A stretch of 34,684 bases of DNA from an uncultured Bacteroidales bacterium (lineage in GTDB: Bacteria > Bacteroidota > Bacteroidia > Bacteroidales > CAYFUP01): contig CAZBZX010000004.1 in the NCBI GenBank assembly GCA_964496465.1, forward strand, positions 1 through 34,684, in the 5' to 3' direction. Under the pieces are notes generated by a model, which saw only the letters and a program-made list of their open reading frames with translations, did not search any database and had not been told where the DNA came from. This document shows, piece after piece, positions 27,875 to 34,684 of this stretch. How positions within the stretch are numbered: the stretch's first letter is position 1; each line of letters opens with the position of its first letter. The position numbers and the translations under genes were made by a program.

Positions 27875-29347
27875 TTATTGTCTGCTATAATTTGGAGCTT
27901 CACTTGTAATTGTCACATCATGAGCATGGCTTTCAGTTATTCCCGAATTTGTAATTCGAACAAATTTCGCATTTTTTAATTCATCGATTGTTTTTGCACC
28001 ACAATATCCCATTCCTGCTCTTAATCCTCCAACCAATTGATAAATAACTTCTGACAACATACCTTTATAAGGAACTCTCGCTGAAATACCTTCAGGAACA
28101 AGTTTTTTAATATCATCTTCGACATCTTGAAAATACCTATCTTTTGATCCATGTTGCATTGCTTCAATAGATCCCATTCCTCTATATGATTTAAATTTTC
28201 TTCCGTTATAAATAATTGTTTTACCAGGTGACTCTTCAACTCCGGCAAGTAATGATCCTATCATTATTGAATCAGCTCCAGCAGCAATTGCTTTTACAAT
28301 ATCGCCAGAATACCTTATACCACCATCAGCAATTAACGGTACACCTGAACCTTTTATTGCCTTGGCAATATTATAAATTGCAGATAATTGCGGAACTCCA
28401 ACTCCTGCAACAATTCGGGTTGTGCATATTGATCCAGGTCCAATTCCAACTTTTATACCATCTGCTCCGGCTTTAACAAGATCAATGGCTGCTTCAGCAG
28501 TACCAATATTTCCAACAATAACATCAAGTGCTGGATACTTATTTTTAATTTTTTTAAACACTTCCATTACGCCTTTTGAATGGCCATGGGCTGTATCAAT
28601 AATAATTGCATCAACATTGGCTAATACAAGTTCGTCGGTTCTTTCAAGAGTATCAATAGCAATACCAATTCCTGCAACAGCTTTTAGCCTTCCTTTACTA
28701 TCTTTGCAAGCATCCGGATTATCTTTAACTTTTGTAATATCTTTATAAGTAAGCAATCCAATTAATTTGTTTTTTTTATCAACAACTGGAAGTTTTTCGA
28801 TTTTATATTCCTGTAAAATTTTAGCAGCTTTTTCTAAATCACAATCTTCAGACGTCGTAATGATATTACTTTTTGTCATTATTTCATGAATAGGTCTATT
28901 GAGATTGTCTTGAAAGCGTAAATCACGATTTGTAACAATACCTATTAATGTTCGATCATTATTTATAACCGGAATACCACCAATTTTATATTCTTTCATC
29001 AACACCAAAGCATCTCCAACAGTTTGATTTTTTGTTATTGTTATAGGATCATTAATCATTGTATTTTCAGCTCTTTTCACCTTTCTTACTTCTGTAGCCT
29101 GTTCTTCAATTGTCATGTTTTTATGAATAACACCAACTCCCCCAACACGAGCTAAAGAAATAGCGAGATTTGCTTCAGTAACAGTATCCATAGCTGCAGA
29201 GATGATAGGTATATTAAGCGATAAGTTTTTTGAAAATTTTGAATGTAGATTAACTTCTCGCGGTAATATCTCAGAATAAGAAGGAATTATTAAAACGTCA
29301 TCAAATGTTAATCCTTCAAACGCTATTTTATCAGATTGGAATGACAT
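27875..29347 (-). CDS. guaB: IMP dehydrogenase
   Basis: 490 aa. [11 protein letters not shown]-terminus, CBS pair, catalytic loop [25 protein letters not shown]. Confidence 0.95.
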   Translation of the reverse strand: MSFQSDKIAFEGLTFDDVLIIPSYSEILPREVNLHSKFSKNLSLNIPIISAAMDTVTEANLAISLARVGGVGVIHKNMTIEEQATEVRKVKRAENTMINDPITITKNQTVGDALVLMKEYKIGGIPVINNDRTLIGIVTNRDLRFQDNLNRPIHEIMTKSNIITTSEDCDLEKAAKILQEYKIEKLPVVDKKNKLIGLLTYKDITKVKDNPDACKDSKGRLKAVAGIGIAIDTLERTDELVLANVDAIIIDTAHGHSKGVMEVFKKIKNKYPALDVIVGNIGTAEAAIDLVKAGADGIKVGIGPGSICTTRIVAGVGVPQLSAIYNIAKAIKGSGVPLIADGGIRYSGDIVKAIAAGADSIMIGSLLAGVEESPGKTIIYNGRKFKSYRGMGSIEAMQHGSKDRYFQDVEDDIKKLVPEGISARVPYKGMLSEVIYQLVGGLRAGMGYCGAKTIDELKNAKFVRITNSGITESHAHDVTITSEAPNYSRQ

Positions 29348-29461
29348 TTCCTTAAATTTTATTTATTTTTAAATTTTGGCAAATTACGTAAAAAAAAAGG
29401 GATATTTAAAGGGCTTTTAACATTTTTTAAAGGAATTGGTAACTTAAATTATATCAGGTAA

Positions 29462-31375
29462 TTGAATATATATCAACAAATATTGACCAAATATTGGGGT
29501 TTTTCAAGTTTCAGACCGTTACAGGAAGAGATAATTAAATCTGTTGCTGAAGGTAATGATACATTAGGTTTAATGCCAACTGGAGGAGGAAAATCGTTAA
29601 CTTTTCAAGTTCCGGCATTGGCAAAAGAGGGACTATGTTTGGTGGTTACTCCCTTAATTGCATTAATGAAAGATCAGGTAGATAAATTAAATGCTTTAAA
29701 TATTAATGCATATGCTTTACACTCTGGATTAACTTATGATGAGATAAATATTATTCTTGATAAATGTTGTTATAGCGATGTAAAATTTTTATACATTTCA
29801 CCTGAACGAATAAATAGTGATGTTTTTTTTGAGAAAGTAAAGAGTTTTAATATAAACTTAATAACAGTTGATGAAGCTCATTGTATATCTCAATGGGGCT
29901 ATGATTTCCGGCCATCTTATCTTCAAATAGCCAAATTAAAAGAATTGTTTCAAAATGTTCCGGTATTAGCCTTAACGGCAACTGCAACAGAAAAAGTAGT
30001 TATTGATATTCAGGAAAAATTGAAATTTAAAAAACCTAATGTTTTAAAATCAAGTTTTGAAAGAAAGAATTTAATATACCTTGCTAGAAAAGTTGAAGAT
30101 AAGAACAGATACATCATTGAAATATTATCGAAGGTTAAAGGAAGCGGAATAATATATGTAAGAAATAGAAAGAAAACCAAAGAAATAGCGCAAATTCTTA
30201 TTCAAAATAAAATTCGGGCCAATTATTATCATGGAGGGTTAAAAACAGAAATAAGAATTTCAAGACAAAATGAATGGATGAATGGGAAATTTAAAGTCAT
30301 GGTTTCTACTAATGCATTCGGGATGGGAATTGATAAACCTGATGTAAGGTATGTGATTCATTATGATATTCCAGACTCGCTTGAGGAATATTTTCAGGAA
30401 GCCGGAAGAGCTGGTCGTGATGAGCATAAGGCATATGCAGTTTTATTATTTAGTAATGTAGATATATCACAAGTTGAGCAACGAATTAGCAGGAACTATC
30501 CCGAGCTTAATTATATTAAAAAAATATATCATGCTTTAGGTAATTTTTTGAATATTCCAATTGGGGGAGGAAAGGGAATTGCTTTTGATTTTAGAATTTC
30601 TGAGTTTGCTTCTGAATATAGTTTAAATATTATACAGGCTTATAATAGTATAAAAATACTTGAGAAAGATGGATATATTCAGCTTATTGATGAGATAGAT
30701 AATCCTTCAAGAATACATTTTATTGTAAATCGTGACGATCTATATAAATTTCAGGTTGCTAATGCAGCTTTTGATGGGTTTATTAAATTATTACTTCGTT
30801 CTTATACCGGACTTTTTTCAGATTATGTAAAAATTGATGAATTTATTCTTTCAAAAAGAGCTGGTATTGACAGGGATCAAGTATATGATTTTTTAAAGAA
30901 GATGTCAAAATTCGGGATAATTAAATATATTCCTCAAAAGAAAAATCCTTTAATTATATTTTTGGAAGAAAGATTAGATGATAAAAATTTGAGAATTTCA
31001 AAGGAAAGTTATCAGAATAGCAAACAACGCTATGTTGAACGGATTAATTCAGTTCTTGATTATACTAATAACCAAACAAAATGTAGAAGTGAGTTTTTAT
31101 TGAATTATTTTAATCAGAAAGATGCATATAGATGCGGACAATGCGATATATGCAATATTCGAAATGAACTTGAATTAAGTAAATTTGAATTCGATACAAT
31201 TTTAGAAGAAATAAAAAATATGTTAAAAGATGAATCGATTGAACTGGAAAAATTAATAAAAAATATTTCTCAACCTCAAAATAAATGTATAAAGGTTATT
31301 CAATGGTTGCTTGATAATAATAAATTAAAATATAATGATTCTAATGAACTTACATGGAATATTAGAAAAAACTAA
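29462..31375 (+). CDS. recQ: RecQ-family ATP-dependent DNA helicase (no HRDC domain evident)
   Basis: FGFSSFRPLQEEII-type N-terminus, PTGGGKS, DEAHCISQWGYDFRP, LTATAT, GMGIDKPDVRYVIHYD, QEAGRAGRD. Distal Cys cluster CRSEFLLNYF...CGQCDIC (about 31082..31156). The ORF opens at a TTG immediately after an in-frame TAA, so the start is non-ATG. Confidence 0.9.
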   Translation: MNIYQQILTKYWGFSSFRPLQEEIIKSVAEGNDTLGLMPTGGGKSLTFQVPALAKEGLCLVVTPLIALMKDQVDKLNALNINAYALHSGLTYDEINIILDKCCYSDVKFLYISPERINSDVFFEKVKSFNINLITVDEAHCISQWGYDFRPSYLQIAKLKELFQNVPVLALTATATEKVVIDIQEKLKFKKPNVLKSSFERKNLIYLARKVEDKNRYIIEILSKVKGSGIIYVRNRKKTKEIAQILIQNKIRANYYHGGLKTEIRISRQNEWMNGKFKVMVSTNAFGMGIDKPDVRYVIHYDIPDSLEEYFQEAGRAGRDEHKAYAVLLFSNVDISQVEQRISRNYPELNYIKKIYHALGNFLNIPIGGGKGIAFDFRISEFASEYSLNIIQAYNSIKILEKDGYIQLIDEIDNPSRIHFIVNRDDLYKFQVANAAFDGFIKLLLRSYTGLFSDYVKIDEFILSKRAGIDRDQVYDFLKKMSKFGIIKYIPQKKNPLIIFLEERLDDKNLRISKESYQNSKQRYVERINSVLDYTNNQTKCRSEFLLNYFNQKDAYRCGQCDICNIRNELELSKFEFDTILEEIKNMLKDESIELEKLIKNISQPQNKCIKVIQWLLDNNKLKYNDSNELTWNIRKN

Positions 31376-31399
31376 TCTATTTATTACTTTTGTATTATT

Positions 31400-32026
31400 A
31401 TGGAAGAGTCTGAGATTCAAGAAATCGTTTATTCAAAAAATTCTATTGAATTTGTAACAGTGGCAAATGAGTTTTGTTTATTCTTGGAATCGTTGAGCAA
31501 AAATACTCCACCTATTTTTATTAGTAAAATCCAGAAAATTTTGCCTTTGTTATACATTAAAGCATCATTACTTCCTGAGATTGAATCAACATTTGAGGAT
31601 GCAAATGAGAAATTTGTAACCGAGCATGATTGGTATAAAATACATGATAGTATTAAAACATTACTGGGAAATGCTGATGAATTTATTGAAGTATTTGATC
31701 CCCGTATGCAGGAGAGTGAAATGCCTGTAGTTTCTACAATTTCAGAAAATATTGCAGATATATACCAGGATATTAAAGATTTTATTTTATTATATCGAAT
31801 TGGAACGATCGAAATAATGAATGATGCATTATGGGAATGTAGGGAGAATTTTATAAACATTTGGGGGCAGAAGTTAACTAATGTGTTAAGAGCAGTGCAT
31901 AATGTAGCGTACAATTATAATTTTGAGGAAGAAGAAAATAAAGTTAATAAAATGGTAAGTGATCATGGTCAAAATACTGACGATTGGATTATTTCCAAAA
32001 AACAGAGAGATTATACTGAAGAATGA
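31400..32026 (+). CDS. DUF5063-like acidic helical protein of unknown function
   Basis: 208 aa, predicted all-helical and acidic. Assignment rests on my recollection that DUF5063 genes precede a 3'-5' exonuclease gene in Bacteroidota. The stop overlaps the next gene's ATG (ATGA). Confidence 0.6.
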   Translation: MEESEIQEIVYSKNSIEFVTVANEFCLFLESLSKNTPPIFISKIQKILPLLYIKASLLPEIESTFEDANEKFVTEHDWYKIHDSIKTLLGNADEFIEVFDPRMQESEMPVVSTISENIADIYQDIKDFILLYRIGTIEIMNDALWECRENFINIWGQKLTNVLRAVHNVAYNYNFEEEENKVNKMVSDHGQNTDDWIISKKQRDYTEE

Positions 32027-32604
32027 ATAATTATCTTTCAAAGATTACTGAAGAAGAGATTAAAATGTTGCCATTGAAGCATTTTGAAGGGGATGTTCAC
32101 GTAGTTGAATCATATGAAAGTTTTGAACGGGTTATAAATATTATTGAAAAAAGTAAAATATTAGGATTTGACACAGAAACAAAGCCAACTTTTAAAAAGA
32201 GGATAAATAATAATGTTTCACTTGTTCAGCTTTCAACTGCTGATAAAGTATTTTTAATACGGTTAAATAAAACAGGATTACCAGGCAGATTAACCAGGGT
32301 TTTAGGAAATGATAATATTATTAAAGTTGGTGTAGCTATAAAAGATGATATAAAAGCATTACAAAAGTTAAATAACTTTATTCCTAAGGGTTTTATTGAA
32401 CTTCAGGATTATGTAAAAGACTTTGGCATTGAAAATAATGGACTTAAAAAATTAGCAGCCATTGTATTGAATTTTCGGATATCGAAGAATCAGCAAACTT
32501 CAAATTGGGATAATGATGTCCTTACTGATAGCCAAATTAGATATGCGGCGACCGATGCATGGGTTTGTTATAAAATATATCAGAAGTTAAATCACATTAT
32601 TTAG
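32023..32604 (+). CDS. DEDDy-type 3'-5' exonuclease (RNase D / WRN-exonuclease-like)
   Basis: Exo I LGFDTETKP, Exo II IKVGVAIKDDIKAL, Exo III YAATDAWVCYKIY (Yx3D). Confidence 0.85.
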   Translation: MNNYLSKITEEEIKMLPLKHFEGDVHVVESYESFERVINIIEKSKILGFDTETKPTFKKRINNNVSLVQLSTADKVFLIRLNKTGLPGRLTRVLGNDNIIKVGVAIKDDIKALQKLNNFIPKGFIELQDYVKDFGIENNGLKKLAAIVLNFRISKNQQTSNWDNDVLTDSQIRYAATDAWVCYKIYQKLNHII

Positions 32605-32841
32605 ATCTCCATTTAAAAGAATTAAAACTGTTAATTTTTTTCAAATCAAAAGTTAGACTTAAGGGAATTTCTCTTTAATAATTATTTCAATTGGAAATAT
32701 TTTTAAGAAAGGACTTAAAAACTTATTAAAATGTAATTTAATAACAAATATTTTTAAACTAAAATATTAAAATTCAGAAATATTAACTATTTTTCCAACT
32801 GAATTCTAAATAAAAATTCGTTAAAGCATAATACTGAAGAT

Positions 32842-34684
32842 ATGAAATATAAAAGGCTAATGAATTTTAATCAAACGAGCATTATAATTAAATTATATAT
32901 AATTATTGGACTAATCATTGGATATCCAGCATATGCTCAACAATCAGTCAATATGAAGAATGGAACTGATACATTATGCAATGCAATTTTCTATGATAGT
33001 GGCGGTAATTCGAATTATTCAAATAATGAATATCAGACCTATACCATATATCCTCAAGGAGAAGGATCAAGGATATCGATACATTTTAACACTTTTGAAT
33101 TAGAGTCATATTGTGATTTTCTTTATATTTTTGATGGAGATGGAACTGAAAATTTAATTGGAAGTTATAGTGGGAATAGTCTACCTTTGGATATTATATC
33201 TTCTGAGCCAAGCGGAGCCTTAACATTTCTTTTTTCATCAGATGGCAGTGTGTTATATAGTGGTTGGGAAGCAACAATTGAATGTATTGATATTCGAGCG
33301 CCACAAGAATTGCATGCTTATACATATGGAGATTCTGCAATTCGAATTCAATGGGAAGATTATACAGAAGGTATTGTCAATTATTATATAGAAAAGTCAA
33401 CTTCGGATATTTTTGATAATTATTCAGTATATACAATTTCAGGTGAAAACAAATTTTTTATTGATACAAGTGTTTTAGATAATACCACTTATTATTACAG
33501 GGTAAAAGGTATAACTGACAAAGATACATCAAACTATAGCACTGTGGCAGTGGCTGAATTAGGAACAATAATTATGTTTGATGGAGATGTATATGCGTGC
33601 GATAGTAAATTTCTTGATCCAGGAGGATTTGATAATTTTGAGGAAAATAATGGTGAAACACTAACAATTTATCCGGCAACTCCAGGAGGAGTTGTAAGAG
33701 TTGATTTTACTAATTTTAATTTGGGTTATGATTCGTACTTATATATATATAACGGCATAAATACTGATCAATTAATTGACTCGTATTATGGTACATACAT
33801 TCTCGATTCGATTATATCAACTGACACTAGTGGGGCATTAACTTTCAGTTTTTATTGTTATTATGATTATGGTTACAGCGGATGGGAAGCTGATATATCG
33901 TGCATTAGATTACGTCCGCCCAAAAGTATAATTAGTTATTCTCCAAATAACCAGGAAATTCATATACAATGGGAAGATAATTCAAATGGTGAGACTTCTT
34001 ATGTTTTACAAAAATCGTATAATTCGACTTTTCAATTTTGTTCAACATATACAATAGACTCAAGCATTACAAGTGTCATTGATGATGATATACAAGGTAA
34101 TCCTGTATTTTATAGGATTAAAGCGATAAACAATGATGATGAATCAATGTATTATAATTTTATAGTATATCCTGGTACTTTATCAATGGGGAATGGAACT
34201 TTGTATGTTAGTGAAGTAGAATTTTTAGATCCGGGGGGCAATGATTACTATGAGAATAATTTAGATTGTAAAATGACACTTTATCCTGAGAATGAAGGAG
34301 ATCATTTAAGAATTGAATTTACTAGTTTTTATACAAATTCATATGATGATACATTATATATATATGATGGAAATACAACAGATAATTTAATTGCATATTA
34401 CCATGGCAGTCAATACAATATCCCGCAAATTACATCTTCGGATTCAACAGGTGCGTTAACATTTGTTTTTAGATCGCATGGTGGAGGATATTATAATGGA
34501 TGGCAGGCAAGCCTTAGCTGCATTTCTCTTCCTGAACCTTCAAATTTATCAGCTATTTCATTGGAAGATTCTTTGTTAAATATAAGCTGGCATGATAATT
34601 CTACAGCAGAAGATAATTTTATATTGCAAAGATCAACATCAGCTAATTTTAGTGCCTTTACTGAAATTATTATATCCGCTAATA
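32842..34684 (+). CDS. Secreted multidomain protein with tandem CUB-like + fibronectin-III-like modules; the C-terminus runs off the window end
   Basis: Open frame from ATG 32842 to the window end; not in the ORF track. Signal peptide ...LIIGYPAYA|QQS. Three modules each contain F(Y/L)D(S/P)GG...Y.NN, (L)YI(F/Y)DG, GALTF.F.S and GW(E/Q)A...CI (CUB-like). Each is followed by an FN3-like unit (IRIQWED..., IHIQWEDN..., LNISWHDN...). Confidence 0.8.
   Translation, partial: MKYKRLMNFNQTSIIIKLYIIIGLIIGYPAYAQQSVNMKNGTDTLCNAIFYDSGGNSNYSNNEYQTYTIYPQGEGSRISIHFNTFELESYCDFLYIFDGDGTENLIGSYSGNSLPLDIISSEPSGALTFLFSSDGSVLYSGWEATIECIDIRAPQELHAYTYGDSAIRIQWEDYTEGIVNYYIEKSTSDIFDNYSVYTISGENKFFIDTSVLDNTTYYYRVKGITDKDTSNYSTVAVAELGTIIMFDGDVYACDSKFLDPGGFDNFEENNGETLTIYPATPGGVVRVDFTNFNLGYDSYLYIYNGINTDQLIDSYYGTYILDSIISTDTSGALTFSFYCYYDYGYSGWEADISCIRLRPPKSIISYSPNNQEIHIQWEDNSNGETSYVLQKSYNSTFQFCSTYTIDSSITSVIDDDIQGNPVFYRIKAINNDDESMYYNFIVYPGTLSMGNGTLYVSEVEFLDPGGNDYYENNLDCKMTLYPENEGDHLRIEFTSFYTNSYDDTLYIYDGNTTDNLIAYYHGSQYNIPQITSSDSTGALTFVFRSHGGGYYNGWQASLSCISLPEPSNLSAISLEDSLLNISWHDNSTAEDNFILQRSTSANFSAFTEIIISAN
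32953..34684 (+). repeat. Intragenic tandem repeat of about 612-621 bp (one CUB-like + FN3-like module): 32953..33573, 33574..34185, 34186..window end (partial)
   Basis: Module starts were read from the translation (MKNGTDTLC..., IMFDGDVYAC..., LSMGNGTLYV...). Copies are divergent at the DNA level but conserved in protein motifs. Confidence 0.75.

Noticed and set aside
29348-29461. A purine riboswitch upstream of guaB, and a cobalamin riboswitch upstream of the PduO-type gene at 21280..21294.
   Set aside because: The guaB leader is short, extremely AT-rich, and lacks the conserved purine-riboswitch junction and loop sequences. The PduO gene is only 15 bp from the preceding ABC gene, which leaves no room for a riboswitch.
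32605-32841. A weak inverted repeat (AATTCAG ... CTGAATT, 7 bp arms, about 21-nt spacer) and AT-palindromes upstream of the CUB-FN3 gene, as a terminator or operator.
   Set aside because: The arms are short and AT-rich with a long loop. This is expected by chance at this composition, and there is no adjacent T-tract or recognisable promoter box.
1-34684. A scan for CRISPR arrays, tRNA/rRNA genes, IS elements, integrases and toxin-antitoxin pairs.
   Set aside because: I found no regularly spaced direct repeats, no GC-rich structured RNA-like islands in the short AT-rich intergenic regions, and no ORFs with transposase, integrase or TA motifs. The only repeats are the 10-bp tandem at 5408..5434 and the intragenic CUB-FN3 modules.

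Overview
AT-rich chromosomal segment that looks like Bacteroidota. Supporting signs are TAnnTTTG-type -7 boxes, no Shine-Dalgarno sequences, many signal peptides followed by Gln, and typical gene content. I call 26 protein-coding genes. I found no rRNA, tRNA, CRISPR array, transposase or integrase. The supplied ORF track omits two long ORFs because they run off the window edges. One is a minus-strand WD40 + caspase-like (peptidase C14) gene at 1..3112. The other is a plus-strand gene at 32842..34684 made of tandem CUB-like/FN3 modules. The centre of the window is mostly conserved housekeeping: rseC-rnfBCDGEA (minus strand), recG, a SAM methyltransferase, an ABC ATPase, a PduO-type adenosyltransferase, DUF2795, an OstA-like gene plus three SurA/PpiD-type chaperones plus guaB (one minus-strand block), and recQ-DUF5063-3'-5' exonuclease. 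Two paralogous single-pass membrane sensor SpoIIE/PP2C phosphatases bracket the rnf operon; one has a Y_Y_Y/propeller sensor, the other a TPR sensor and a C-terminal receiver. The best candidates for something undescribed are: (i) the left-edge cluster of exported beta-propeller proteins, comprising the WD40-caspase, a PQQ-like propeller, a small secreted protein and the Y_Y_Y-PP2C sensor; (ii) the translationally coupled recQ / DUF5063 / WRN-type exonuclease trio; (iii) the CUB-FN3 repeat protein. Nothing here resembles a known antiphage or mobile system. All identifications are by eye from motifs in the translations; no database search was run.
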